A DNA stretch of 64,000 nt from Parasitella parasitica NRRL 2501 (GCA_025201805.1 MU619390.1:4362-68361); one strand, 5' to 3'. Positions 37,695 to 52,015 are shown, counted from the stretch's first letter. Numbers and translations: made by a program. Notes: generated by a model not told the origin, from the letters alone.

Positions 37695-39604
37695 AGCAGT
37701 TGTTGTTATATATCTACTAAATCCCACCTAATAAAAAATCTAATACTTATTTCTTTTAATACTTATGTCAACTAGTTACAAGTAGCGTTCTGTTATTATT
37801 ATTATACAGCCAATTACATAGCGGCTATCCATGTGTTCACTGGAAGAACTCTCATCATTTATGTTCAGAATCTTCCAAGATGTCATGAAAAAAAAAAAAA
37901 AAAATTACTCTTGGGAGTTACAGTTATAAAGCTGGTTTTACTTTCATTAATTTGCAACATAGAATTTGTGCAATATTGGAAGCCTCCTTATAGGCTAAAA
38001 TACAAGGCAAGCTTTTGACCGCGGTGAAGAACAGTACTATAATTGTGGTGCTGTATTAGAACCGGACGAGAAACTCCCAATCAATGGTATTATTCTTTTA
38101 GGTGATGATGTTGTTTCAAATCCGATTCGAATTGATTATTATGACGAAGCTTGTAGCAAAGTCAAGGAGATTTACTTGAAATACAAAGAAAAAGATGTCA
38201 AATCGCATGTCGACGGTATCTTTCACTTTACCAAGATGCGCTGAAAATAACAACGAGATTCTGATGAGGCAAAAGATAATCCAAATGTATCGAACTTACC
38301 CAGCCACATCAAAGCTATTTTATACGCACTGCAAGTATCAAGATTTGTTAAATAATTATTGCTGCAAGTAATATGTGCTTATTTATTTACTTTTAGCAAG
38401 CAAATCTATTATTAAGGATATTCTATTAAATTACCAAGTGAAAGCACAACAGTGAATGATGGTATATTACCGGTTTTAGAAAAGTATTTCCTCGCCCCCC
38501 CCCCNNNNNNNNNNNNNNNNNNNNNNNNNNNNNNNNNNNNNNNNNNNNNNNNNNNNNNNNNNNNNNNNNNNNNNNNNNNNNNNNNNNNNNNNNNNNNNNN
38601 NNNNNNNNNNNNNNNNNNNNNNNNNNNNNNNNNNNNNNNNNNNNNNNNNNNNNNNNNNNNNNNNNNNNNNNNNNNNNNNNNNNNNNNNNNNNNNNNNNNN
38701 NNNNNNNNNNNNNNNNNNNNNNNNNNNNNNNNNNNNNNNNNNNNNNNNNNNNNNNNNNNNNNNNNNNNNNNNNNNNNNNNNNNNNNNNNNNNNNNNNNNN
38801 NNNNNNNNNNNNNNNNNNNNNNNNNNNNNNNNNNNNNNNNNNNNNNNNNNNNNNNNNNNNNNNNNNNNNNNNNNNNNNNNNNNNNNNNNNNNNNNNNNNN
38901 NNNNNNNNNNNNNNNNNNNNNNNNNNNNNNNNNNNNNNNNNNNNNNNNNNNNNNNNNNNNNNNNNNNNNNNNNNNNNNNNNNNNNNNNNNNNNNNNNNNN
39001 NNNNNNNNNNNNNNNNNNNNNNNNNNNNNNNNNNNNNNNNNNNNNNNNNNNNNNNNNNNNNNNNNNNNNNNNNNNNNNNNNNNNNNNNNNNNNNNNNNNN
39101 NNNNNNNNNNNNNNNNNNNNNNNNNNNNNNNNNNNNNNNNNNNNNNNNNNNNNNNNNNNNNNNNNNNNNNNNNNNNNNNNNNNNNNNNNNNNNNNNNNNN
39201 NNNNNNNNNNNNNNNNNNNNNNNNNNNNNNNNNNNNNNNNNNNNNNNNNNNNNNNNNNNNNNNNNNNNNNNNNNNNNNNNNNNNNNNNNNNNNNNNNNNN
39301 NNNNNNNNNNNNNNNNNNNNNNNNNNNNNNNNNNNNNNNNNNNNNNNNNNNNNNNNNNNNNNNNNNNNNNNNNNNNNNNNNNNNNNNNNNNNNNNNNNNN
39401 NNNNNNNNNNNNNNNNNNNNNNNNNNNNNNNNNNNNNNNNNNNNNNNNNNNNNNNNNNNNNNNNATCAACTGTACAAGCACGCACACGATGTTTCAAGAG
39501 TAATAATAATAGGTTCAGTGTAGTGTTTTTTAAACAAGCCCAGAACCGAAAAAAAAGACTCATTACTTGTATAATTATTCGTTTTTCAAAGAGGCATATA
39601 TATT

Positions 39605-41889
39605 CTAATTTTTATTATCAAACATGTCTTTTAAAAACGATTCATAATTCATTTCACCTTGCGAATTCATTCTCTCTTTTAGATAGTTGATCATGGGTAC
39701 TGGTATCTGGCTCATTGTAAGATCCAGCTCGGTTACAAATGGTTTATCTCCTGCTATCGTTCTGAATGCATCTAGAAGCTGGCCGGGCGTGGTTTTGTCT
39801 TCAGTAACAGACACCATAAAACGGATGAATTGCTCAAAAGACATGAAGGCGTCGTCGTGTGTGATATCATAGAATATGCTTTCTAATCGGTCATTGTCGT
39901 ACACAATGCCTAGGCTGGAGACAGCGCATTTGAATTCGGATGTGCTGAGCTTATTCGTATAGTCTTTGTCGAAATATCTAAATGTTTGCTCAAACTGCTC
40001 CAATTGAACTGGTGTCAAGTTTGTCATGTTTCTAGAGACAATCTACATCAGGGCTTAGCAAGCAGTAGTCTCCCAAATTCAGTTTTTGCTTACCTGGTTT
40101 TGTATAAACGCACTCTTTTGTTGCACAGCTTCTTTCACCAGGTCTAGGCCAAAGCTGAGATCTTCCAGCGAGTACACAGTATAGTCGTTTTCTTCTGTAT
40201 TTGCATCAATACATTGCTGGTCCAGGCTGTATATTGTTTCAAAAGATTCTTGCAGCGGCGTAAAGAGATTAGTCAAGCTCTGAACAAGCTTTAACTGGGA
40301 TTGCAGACTGCCTTCAAGACCGACCAGTCTGGCTGAGATGGCATCCAGTTGTCTTTGGAATTCATTAGCTGCTTCAGCAAAGGCCTTTCGAAGGCCTTCC
40401 TTGATTCTATACAATTGCATTAGCGTCTTCTGTTTCTACCTGATGCGCTGCTGCACTGCTTACTCTCGGATGGTTCGGTTGATCTTGCGGTAGTATTCAG
40501 CTTCGTTTTGCAGTAAAATGTTCCACGCCTCGTCCAAATCCTTCAGCGTCAAGCCCTCTGGCGGATAGTATGGCTTCAAATTGTATGTCTTGGCTTTGGT
40601 TTGTATGTTGCCCAAAAGCGTGTCGATTTCCTTTTTCTCGGCAAGCCAGGATCGTTTGTACGTGTTTTTATAAATGTCAAATGCCATGCTCTTTTGTTTG
40701 GCATCAATGTAACTGTCTGTCAACTCTACGCTGTCCCATTCTTCTTGGATAAACTTGACCGCCATCATCAACTACGTTTATGTGTTGGTACACGACAAAC
40801 ATGCAAGCTTTTGTATCCTGTACTTACGGCCTCCACTCGCTCTTCATACCGATGCTCCATTTTGCAAACAGATAGAAGCACATCTCCAAACTTGGCTACT
40901 CTTCTGCCAGCAGTTTCAAATTCATCTCTTGCAGAAAACGCATGAAAGTACTCAGCTACATAGGTCATGACCGACCTCTCGTCTGGCTTTGAGATGTCGC
41001 ATACGTCTTCTACATCCAGTAGCTGAGGTATGTTCAGTTTCTTTGCGGCTTCAAAGGCGATGGCAGTGTTTCCATGTCTGTCGCTTCTGTCAAGGCCTTG
41101 ATAATCGATTAACTCTGGATGGTGGTGGTGAATCAGGGCGCAAAAGGCCAAGCCGTCGGTCCAACTGTACGTGAAATCACGGATATCGACCTCATCGTAA
41201 TTTGCAGTCTTGCGTTGACACCATAATAACAAACCCTCTTTGGCATTCTTACCATCCTCGTTGATGTCTGCAATTGTGAATCGAAGAATGATTGTCCAGA
41301 GCATGCCTAGAACCAGCTTTAGGTTCTTGTTGACAATGTCCTCAGCTCCAATGTTGGTTAATGCGACGCCTCTCGATTTGATAAAGTCCAGTGCTTTGTT
41401 GACATTCTCCATCTTTTGGAAAATCATGGTTGGATTCTTATTAAATGGCTTGAGAGACTCGCCGCCAATAATCTCCTACATGAATGCGTCAATACTGAGA
41501 GGGGGGAAAATTGCCGCACGTATACCGCTATTTACTAGTAGTTGGATCAGCCTAACACCGTCTGCTAAATCCTGGTTCAAGTGAACAATGTTTGGTATAT
41601 TTGTCAAGTCTAACTTGTTGTTGACCCATTTAGTGAAGGCTGCAGCAAAACAGAGATAATAATAATAATAATAAAATTATGTTGGTGTCCTGCATTTTTC
41701 TTCTTTGTTCATCGTAGAACAGGCTTACTCTTTTTTTGTATGACTTCCCAAGCGTTATCCATCTGGTTTTTGTCTAAATGATACACTCGGAGCTTAATAC
41801 GTCTGAATGGAGCTTTGCAAATGTGTTGGGCTTTTACCTTCAAGCGATTTTTTCGACGAAACTTGGCTGTAATTTGAATAAATCGTCAT
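39605..41889 (-). CDS. AIN1: Alpha-actinin (CH1-CH2, spectrin repeats, EF-hands)
   Basis: WEVIQKK…FTKWVN, NIGAEDIV…KLVLGMLWTIILRF, AKEGLLLWCQRKT, WTDGLAFCALIH, PDERSVMTYVA, EENDYT, AFRTIAGDKPFVT. Confidence 0.93.
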
Positions 41890-42422
41890 TGTAAAAGAAT
41901 GCTTAGAGCGAAAGAGCGAACAAAAAAAAAGGATAAACAAATTGAAAAAATATATTTGTGAAATATGGAATAATCAAAGCAACAGTTTAGATTGTCAATG
42001 GCGAAAGTCCCCCTCCCCCCCTCCCAGTGGGGGGGGGGGGGATTCTTACCATATATTCTTGATGAGACAAAGAGCCCAGAGAGCAGAGGGGTTCTAAATT
42101 TAGTTTTCGCCTTTTTAAGAACTCTTGATCATAACAAACATCTAACTTTAGGGAGAAGCTCTGGGTAGATCAGTAGTTTTTACAAGAACCTGCTACCACT
42201 GCCCAGGCCGCCAAGTGAAAATTTATATGATACAATGATGATATGATTGTTTCATGGCTTGTATCGATATACATATGTCATATATTTTTTGGAACCCCTT
42301 CCCATTCCTATTATGGTGTGCGATGCATAATTCATATAAAAATTCCCCGGATTCTTTTTTTGAAAGTTGCATAACTTTTTTATCTTCTTTATTGTTTTTC
42401 ATATTCATAGTTGCTACAAAAA

Positions 42423-43118
42423 ATGACTTCGACTGCTGGCGCCACTAACAAAGTCTCTCAATTCCTGTTGGATCCTTGCTCTACGCTCAAAGTGGTTTTG
42501 CCCTCTGCCGCCGTTCAAGTAATCATCCATCAGACTGTTCTCAAGAAGGCTTCCTTACGCGAACTTACACTGGGACTCACACTAGTAAATGCAATATGGT
42601 TTGCCACAACGCTGAATATGAGCTACGTCGAGACCCCATTGCTCGCCAATGTCCCAAGCCTTGATGAGAATCAAAAGCTGGACGTAGGCAGACACCGATT
42701 CAACTGGATTAACAAGATTGAGGTAAGATGGCACGAAGAAAAGGGAAAAAAAAAAAAAAAAAAAAAGCTTGGAGACTAAAGCCCATAACTTGTTCAGAGT
42801 GTCGTAAGCTTGTTGAGTCTCGATCTTTATCTGAATTGGAATGAACGCATTTCAAGACACGATGGATTTGTCGACAACGTCTTGAAGACAGCTGCACTTG
42901 CACCCATCGCAATCACTGTCGCCCAATCTGTGTACTTTTTGCCTAAATTCAACAAACGTGCTGATCAGGTTGCCAAAGGTACTGCAACCACCAAAGAGCT
43001 TTGGAACGAGGATTCGTTCTTTTTGAAGGGCCATCGTGCATACATTACGTTGGATACGCTTAAAATCTCTGCCTTGGCTGTAGCTGGCCTTCGATTCGGC
43101 TTGATGTTGAAAAACTAG
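42423..43118 (+). CDS. Small membrane protein, DUF4149-like (1 intron)
   Basis: NAIWFATTLNMSYVETPL…LDVGRHRFNWINKIE…YFLPKFNKRA…HRAYITLDTLK; several hydrophobic helices. Confidence 0.6.
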
Positions 43119-43638
43119 GTGGTTTTTTTTTTTTTTTATCTTTGAATAAACTGGACGTTCAATTCTTTATATTCTTGTATTACAGTAGAATGCACAGACA
43201 TTTTGTCTGATGCGCTGTAGACATTGCAACATTTTAAATTGACAAGTGCTGGCATGTATTACAAAGCACAAAATTTTTTTTTTTGAATAAAATTTAAAAA
43301 GTTGCACTGTGAACCCCTCAGTGCTCGGATAGGGTTCCGGCTGGTTGGTTTCTGTGTCCAGAGACTCGTGGAATGATTGGTGGTTTTATAGTGATTTATT
43401 TCAAGGAAGGCGAAATTGAAAAAAAAAAAAAAAAAACAAGAAAAGAAAGCACAGCTCTCTGAAGAAAAAGAAAGGAATGTAGAACACGGAAGCGGCATAT
43501 GTTGTGATGTAAAGGAGGCAGAAGGCAATCAATACGCAGTATTGAATTGAGTGATGGAATTTACAGTGTGTATGAATGTAGCTATATAGACAGAAAGCAA
43601 AGGAGTGGCAGAGAAAGGCTTCGAGTTTTCGACTGAAT

Positions 43639-45118
43639 TTACAATAAAAGTGAAGATGGATGTTGCTGCTGCTGGATCATCATTTGATATAAATCATCGC
43701 TGGTTTGTTGTTGTTGCTGCTGCTGCTGCTGCTGCTGGCGTTGATGGTTTTCAATGGCATTAGCAGAGCTTTGAGAAGGGTAGAAGAAAGGTGCTTGGAG
43801 CATCAGATGGGACATGTTGGTCTTGGACAACTGCTGTGGATTGATGATTCCATACGACAGACTACCATGGTACATCATTTGCTGTGCTGCAGCAGAAGCA
43901 GCGATTGCTGAAGGCTCCGGGGTAGCAGAGGGCGACATTGTGAAATCACGGCAAAGATCAAGGCCTGGGGGAGGCGGAGCATGCTGCAAATCCATCATCA
44001 CGGAGTTTGCAACGCTGATTCTAGAGGCTAATTCCGGCGCCAATGCAATCAAGTCCAAAAGAGCCTGTTTGAATGCTTTATGGCTACCCTGTAAGACGTG
44101 GAAGCCATCGATGCTAGCCTGCTTGTCTTCGGTAAAGTCTCCACAACGCACCCACTGCTGGTCTTGGTCAAAGCGGCACATTGAGAATGCCAATGGCAGG
44201 CTCAATTCAATGTCCAACTGACCAACGACTTCGCCTGTCTCGACCTGGATTTGCTGGCTCAATCTGAGCTGATGAATGCTATCAAAGCAAACCTGGATCC
44301 TAAAGTGGTGACCTTCAGCCTGGACCCTCCAAATAAACTCGCGATCGATTGGGCTGGCATAGCAGACGAGATCCCAATCTGCTTGCTGAAGATGAGGGGA
44401 AGCATGAGCAAATCTTGTCCATGAACCGATGCGAAGCACACTAACGGGAAGAGGCACAGTTTGGATCGGGGTGCTGGGGATGGAGTCTCTTGCCAAAACT
44501 GCAGCAGGAGCAATTGAAGCATTTGCAGCAGGTACTATTTTTAAACAATGTTAACATGTTTATTCATGGCTGTATGCAGCTTTTTTTTTTTTTTTTTTTT
44601 TGACATTTACCATCATCACATGTCCTTTGGATTCCTTCAGACATGGCTCGCATGTTGTCATGGTTACGGGCTGTATCTAACAAGAAAGACGATTTTGGCT
44701 CAGGCTTTGAGCTTGAACGGGGTCTCTTGCGAATCTGGTGGTGGTCTTGGTGTTTTAACTCTTCAAAACGCTCTGGCGTCATCATGGTACGGAATGTAGC
44801 TTGATAACGAGGAGGAGTAGGCTGGCGATCTTGGTAAGGCGGATTCGTCCAGCCAGGTCTGACAAGTGCTGACGCATTGCTTGCATTGTTGGATGAGAGT
44901 GAGCCAAGAGCATCCACTTTTCTGGCCTTAGCACGGCGGTTTTGAAACCAGATTTGAATTGTCCTTTCCGTAACGGCAAGGTCCCGAGCCAATCGACTAC
45001 GAACGCTGGAGTCTGGAAGGGGGTTTGCGCTGAAAGATTCTTGAAGAGCAGCCACTTGGCTTGGCTTTAGGTGAGTGCGCTTTCTTGTTGGTGCGGGCGA
45101 TGCTGAATGAGTGTTCAT
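43639..45118 (-). CDS. Homeobox transcription factor, Phx1/Pho2-like (1 intron), poly-Q tail
   Basis: RKRTHLKPSQVAALQESF…LAVTERTIQIWFQNRRAK, followed by a conserved VLRIGSWTR…CGDFTEDKQAS domain. Confidence 0.88.
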
Positions 45119-45720
45119 TTTTGGAGCGTAAAAGAGAAGGGAGAGAGGAATAAAAGAGAGTGAGAAAAGAAACACAAACAAACACTTTTTTTAAAAAAAA
45201 TAAATAGAGTGATCCAAGACTAAACATTTTATATCCCAAAAAAAAAAAAAAAAGGGGGGGGGGAGGGGAGATGCAATTTGCGCAACTCACAAAATGGTTG
45301 TGTGTGAAAAGTAGTAGTAGCTTGACAATCGAAAAAAGAAGAAACCGTTTGGGCGAGAACTGTTGGAGATGGTCCAGCTCCGTCGATATTGGGAGCACAA
45401 ACTCTGTGACCCAGACATTTCGCATTCTGGGCAGCCCAAAAAGAAAGGGGCTCTAATTATTATCATTGGACATTTCATCATTCACAAGGTAAACGTGTGC
45501 CTAGAACCGCTGTGATTGTATTTTTAACTTTTTTCTTTTTTTTTTCTTTTTTGCCAAGGTTGGCAGATCCCCTCCAGAATGTAGCCTGTCCAACCTCAAG
45601 AAACGTCACCAATTAACGCAATTAATTCTAGGCGATCAATGAATCTTGTATTTAATTGTTATTTGTTGACAATTGCCTTTTTCTCTTCTTTCCTCTCACC
45701 AACACTAGACAAGATAGAAA

Positions 45721-48542
45721 ATGCCACCCAAGAAAGAAAAGTCTGTCAGAATTGCGTCCGACGAGATACTTCCTGGTAAGTTGAATTTGTCAACTACGCC
45801 CTGTGTTTTATGCGCACATAAACTCCCTTTTTATTAACATACATATATTCACCGTAGACGCAGACACGTTTCCCTTGGTGCAACCTCCTCCTCCCCCTCC
45901 CCCTCCTCCTCCTTTGGCTGCTGTCACTACTTTGGGTCACATGAGTAAGAAAAACGACGAGCAGCCCTTTTACAGCATTGAAATGCAGCAAGAGGATCAT
46001 TTCTTTTACGACAACACCAGCGGCAAGCCAGCGCATGATTCCTGGTCCTCAAAATCTACGCTGAATCCTCAAAATCCATTCGAGCAAAACCTAGTCATGA
46101 GCCGACAGAACACACTGACAGAGGAGCCTACTGATATCCACATGGAAGAAACAAGCAAGATGATCCATGATTTAGAAAACGACGAGAACAGACAGCAGGA
46201 TCAAGAAGACAAACTCTTGGAGTCCGAGAAATCGTCGAGCTCTGTTGCTACCAGTAAAACAGAAATTGTAACAAAAGAAACAGTGGCGAAGCCCGATGCT
46301 GACAGCGATGGAGAGTTTGATTGGAACGATGATCCGGATCAAGTCAAGCCTAAGCGGAGAAAGACAGCGCGAGAACGATTCACTGCTGCCATAAAGCGCC
46401 CCTGTTGCTGGCATTACCTATCCCCCATTCTGAAACGCATCATCATCGCCATCCTGGGCTCGTGCATCTTTGTTGCAATTGCCGTCGTCATCTATGCAAC
46501 TCTCCCAGAGCCAACCGAGGCTCAGTTAGCAGATCCCAAGTTTACAAACGTCCGTAGCAATGTTCAGTGTTGGATGTACTGGGCGGCCTTCATGTGGCAT
46601 ATCTTTTGGATTACCACCTTTATGCTGGACATGGTGCCTTCGATCGTCTCCCTCTGGACAAAGCTCTTTAAGGGTAGAAGATCTGAAAAAGTCAAGTCGT
46701 ATATGGAGGTAAGCATTCTACAGCATAGCAACGTGGCTTTTTTTTTTTTTTTTTTGAGGTGGCCCCCCTTTAGTATTACATGAGTTTGAAGGGCAATTTT
46801 TGTTTGCTGTTGCTGGCTGCTTGGAATCTAGGTTCTTGGTGTTTTTTGATTCAGTATCCCTTTGATGTAAATACAAACTGATCTGTCACTTGTTTTGGCC
46901 TATGCTCACATTTCACCCTATTTAGTCAATCAGCAAACATGCGTACTCTGCCATCATCACAAAGGTATTCGGCTGCTTGTTGGCAGCTGCTGGCTTGTAC
47001 TTTTTGCAGAAAACAGTAATTCAGATCATTGGTAAGCTTGTTGCATGTCACAAAAAAAATGGCTTCACTTTTTTTATTTATTTATATTGCTCTATTTTTA
47101 GCTGTCAGATTCCATCGTACGGCCTTTTCGGAGAGGCTGCTCGAAAATAAGAAAAGTTTGAAAAGTAAATGTTTATTATAGAAACATCTACCGTCGATCA
47201 TGGCATGATATTAATAGATCTGTTTGTAATAGTCTTGGATACGCTTAGCAAGTCCGAAAAGAAATCTCGTCCTGGATCCGGTGCTGCTGGCGGCTATTCA
47301 AGCAACAACCTCAGAAAACGCAGATCTCCTTTGAATCGTCATCAATGGGATCACAGCTCCTCTAGTCATGATGATCAAACACACCCTATTCGTCCAATGA
47401 CATTAAACGATGAAACTGCACCAGAGCACTCTTCGTCGTTTGCTCAATTCAAGAGGTCCATCTCTAGCTTTGTGCTGGCAGAGAAACCAAGCGCAACCAC
47501 CGGCCGTATCGATAAAAACAAGATGGACATCAATTCCGATGACTATGCCAAGAAGGTGGCAAAGAAGCTTTTCTACGCATTGGCGTATCCTGAAGGCTAC
47601 TATGGCCAAGAAGAAGACAACAAAAAGTGTTTGGATGTGTTTGCATTCATCCCCTTTTTCGACAATCGTGAAGCAGCTGCTGAGGCATTCAAGGTTTTCG
47701 ACAAGGACGGAAATGGAGATCTGACCCGCAGAGAGTTTCGAGACACTGTTGTACACATTTACCGGGAGCGCAAAGGCCTTGCACAGTCTATTCGTGACAC
47801 CAGTCAAGCACTCGGCAAGATTGACACTCTCTTGCTCATCATCACCGTGTTGATTAGTTTGGTAATCTGCTTGGCCATCTTTAACGTTGATTTCTGGAGT
47901 GCCTTAGTTCCTTTCGGCACCTTGTTAGCTGCTTGCACCTTTATTTTTGGCTCATCTGCCGAGGGTCTCTTTACAGGTATCATGTTCCAATTTGTGACAC
48001 ATCCTTATGACTCTGGTGATTTGGTTCAAATTGATTCTAGCTACATGACAGTCTTGAATATTGGCATCTTGGGCACTGTTTTCATTGCTGGCGATGGCAC
48101 CAAACTATATGCTCCTACCTCCCTGCTTCAAACCAAGATCATCTACAATGTGCGTCGCTCTGATGACATGGGTGAATCTCTTTCCTTCAACATTGATTTC
48201 AGAACCGACAATGACCTTATTCTGCTGCTCCGAGAGCGTCTTTTGGAATGGGTGTTATCACAGAGCCGTGATTTTAGCCCAGGTTTTGACTTGCGTGTAA
48301 CCGACATCAAGGATATGAACCAGGTCATTCTCACTATTTGGCTACCTCACAAAGGCAATTGGGTCGACTTGGGTAAACGTTTCCAAAGAAAGACGAGATT
48401 CATGTTGGCTTTGAAAGCCATCTTGACTGATTTGAATATCAAATACGAGCTGCCTGCTCAAAGAATCACTTCGGGTCACCCCAATGACAACAATCCTTTC
48501 AACAACGCGATCAGACCTCAAAATTTCTCTGATCGTCAGTAG
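45721..48542 (+). CDS. MscS-like mechanosensitive channel with EF-hand (Msy1/Msy2 type)
   Basis: AVRFHRTAFSER, FDKDGNGDLTRREF, FVTHPYDSGDLV, IYNVRRS, HKGNW. Confidence 0.92.
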
Positions 48543-49531
48543 ATATCTCTTGCCTATAGTGTATTAAAAGCATCCGTAAATACCCTCCTCCCCTCCCCCC
48601 CCCCCTCCTCCTCCTCTAAAAGTGAAAATAAAAAATGTAATTTATTTATGTGTATTTACAATTGCTTTGCTCCGTTAATTGAGCACTCATCAATCTGTCA
48701 CTGATTTTTTTTTAAAAAAAAAACATCCGCCCATATACTTTTGCCGCCCACCCAAAATACACGAAAAAGAAAAATATCTGTATACATTGGCTAGTGTTCT
48801 TTAAACAGGAGACTGCAAAGCATAGAATCACAAAGAAATTATACCTAGACTTGATCCCTCGGCAAGAGGAGACGTATCTCAAACGGGTGACCTAACACTA
48901 CTATTCAACACTTGATCGAAGAATACTGCTCTCAGAGACTACTAACGTGTTGCGTTCAGGACAAAATGATCGCAAACATCGACCGAGAAACGAAGAACCC
49001 CCTGAATCTACCATTCACTATTGTGTCATATTTACTATATATATGTCCATAGCATATCCTATAAATATCCGCACATTATATCACTTTATTCATAAACCAA
49101 GTCTCCCTCTCCCAATTGTGGCTATAGAAAATTTCTGTGTGAACCTCAAACCCATTAAACATGTTTGAGCATAACTCGAAATGCGTATCTACGGCTAGAG
49201 ATGGCAAATTGGAAAAGGAAAATCAATCCGAATCATTTTATTATTGGATCCCAAGGCAGAGAATCAGCCACGATTCCTTCAACTTGCAGGAAATACCGGT
49301 ACTTCAAAAGCTAAAGTCGAAAATAATCTGCTGCCAAATAAGTATATTTACAATACTTGTAGCATCTTTTCTCATGTCTATATCAACAACATTCACAAGA
49401 GCATTTAAGCTAAAAAGAAGAATGCAAGACGGTAGCCAGGGCATTATAATATATCAAAATAAAATGAAGTTGTCGTGTCAAAGTTTATTAAATGTCAAAT
49501 GTATAGACCACGTCCATTAGAAAATGGTGAT

Positions 49532-49795
49532 TCAAGCTTGACAAGTAAAATAAGGATCATCAGGAATATAAGTACAAGTAATGCCTCCAGCTAACAAGAA
49601 TTTATCGCATGTCGCTTGCGCTTCCACTGAGCATGTTCCTGTATTATTTTCCTCTTGGCATATAGTGTTTGAACATAAATTCCCTCCAGGTGCAACAAAC
49701 AAGACACAGGCATTGTTTTGATCCAGGGAACATTGAGCCGCAAATGAAGCTGAGATGCTGGTAAGTAAGAGAATAGCAAGAGTAAAGTTTTTCAT
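49532..49795 (-). CDS. Small secreted cysteine-rich protein (87 aa, 8 Cys)
   Basis: Signal peptide MKNFTLAILLLTSISASFA; TATATAAA at 49844-49851 on the minus strand; intronless. Confidence 0.78.
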   Translation of the reverse strand: MKNFTLAILLLTSISASFAAQCSLDQNNACVLFVAPGGNLCSNTICQEENNTGTCSVEAQATCDKFLLAGGITCTYIPDDPYFTCQA

Positions 49796-50498
49796 TTGTG
49801 AAAGAAGATAAAGACATTCAAAACAAGAAGAAAAGCATACGTCTTTATATAGGGTTTTTTTTCCTGCTTGTAACTCGAAAAGAAGACAGTTTATAGGCTA
49901 CTAATAGAGGACGTTGCTATAAATTTAAAGATTGGTACTGGATCGCTGCACTTGCCTGCTGATTAAGCCAAGGAAGTTGGCTGAAATGTAATGCAGTTTT
50001 ACATAAATGACCATAATGCAAACAGCGTGTACAAAGAGCCATAATCATATTTTTAGTTCTGCATTAAAAAAAAAATACTTGTAACGCTCCTCTTATGTCG
50101 CCTTTAGGTCAAAATATAGAACTTTGTTTTATTGTCGACTGAATTATGCATTATTACTTGATTTTTCTCCTAAAAAAAAGCGATAGCCCACACTGTTTTA
50201 AGCCGTTTCATATAACAGTGGTATATTTACTACCAATCAACTACTGCTTTAATCGATTCTCTAAAAATGGCGACGGTTCAGATCCTTTGTAGAGCTATAA
50301 ATGGCAATAATTAGAGCGAATACGGTTTCAGCTTGAGCTCTCTTCAGTTTGTGTTGTTGGATATACTTGTCAGATTGAATTTCTCACAATAGAATAAAGT
50401 AATGGAAGAGATTGTTCAAAATTTGTGTCATAAATTGGCTAGTTCTCTATGTAAAGGGAGTAAGCATAAGTATTACTGCATATAAAGCAGACGTTACT

Positions 50499-52015
50499 TT
50501 ATAACAGAATGGTTTCAAGATTTTCATGGAGAATACTATCAGATACAGACTCCATAATATGATTTAATAATTGTGTATCGGTAGCAACGGTATAATGTAC
50601 ATAGATTTGTTTGCTGGCGTTGACATTTAGCTTTGTAAATCTCTGTTTAAAAAAATCAGAAGCCTTGTCATAGTCTGTTGATGGTCCTACAATGCGATGA
50701 GTTTATGGTAAAGGATGTGGCTTTAACATCACGCTGGGTACCTTTATAGTCAGGAAAATACCCTTTAATTTCAGACTTTTGCATTTTCTCTTTGAATAGG
50801 TCAATCTTGTTGAGGAATAGAATTATGGACGTATTGACAAACCATTTGGAGTTACAAATGGATTCAAACAACATAAAAGCTTCGTACATCTAGAATTCAT
50901 TTTACATTATGAGTATAAAATTAGCTGTATGTAACCTTGCTTACCTGATTCTATTTACAACAAATTTAATGAAAAACGATCGATTGGTAAAGACGAGGAT
51001 GGAGAGTTTTAAAATAACTGATTAAATATATGAATTGTAATACTTTACTGAATATTTGTCTTCCACTAGACAGCAATCGTAACCGCTCAAAGCGGCCACA
51101 AACAAAACTGCTGCAACATTGTCAAAACAGTGCATCCTGCGTATGTAAATGTGTGATATCTACTGAGCGAGAAATGTATAGAGAATATAAATTGAGCAGT
51201 GCCTACCATTTCTTTCTTTCACTGCGCTGACCACCCACATCAAACATCCTGTAAGTGACAGAGCCATGTCTAAATTTGGACTCGACAATTCCTAGTTTTC
51301 GGCACATGTTTCACACATGAGATCATTTTGTTTGCCTTTTTTTTTTTTTTAGATTACCTGTGGTTTTTATACGGCAGTGGATAATATCAGGATCTGTTGG
51401 TATGTAATCAGGACGAAACAGCCTGTCTAGCTGATTGAAAAAACTCGATGTAATTTTAAAACGCGCTGCTGCCTAGAACACTGAGTCCGAGGGAAAAGGT
51501 GTATACTCACTATTTGATGTTTTCATTAAAGGCAAAGGTATGCCCCTTAGTAAATGTTGTCTGAATGCTCTTGTCTTTCCACAATGAGACAAGTGGTTGG
51601 TGATAAGCTATTGGATACGGCTCATGTATCGATAATTGAATTGAATTTACAGGACGATCAAATAAACTGATATAGCTCCAATTCATTTCATTTTCAAATG
51701 TTAATTTTAATATGGCCATACTCTCTAGTAAAGCTTGCATCGATCCCAATAAGTTTGTAAATATCATGGCTCGAAAGTTTTCTCTTTCGATTGTCGAGAA
51801 TCCACAATCATGAATCAATTTCATTTGTTTGATAATGGTGCTTTTGCCAGAATCACCAGCGCCTATGCAATCTGTCGATAAAATAGTCCTAACTTCCAAG
51901 CTTCTACTTGTGTCTTACCTAACAAGACGATTTTGATTTCTTTGCCAGCTCTCTTTTTTTCAATTTTGAGCTGCTTATCGATTGCTTTCGATTTAGAGCT
52001 AATGCTATTCCCCAT
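50499..52015 (-). CDS. Heterotrimeric G protein alpha subunit (many introns)
   Basis: [51 protein letters not shown]. Confidence 0.93.

Noticed and set aside
37990-38250. Short protein-like frame (YYNCGAVLEPDEK…) next to the gap
   Set aside because: No start, no recognisable motif, and too short to call.
38412-39690. Long ORFs spanning the N run
   Set aside because: Artefacts of the assembly gap.
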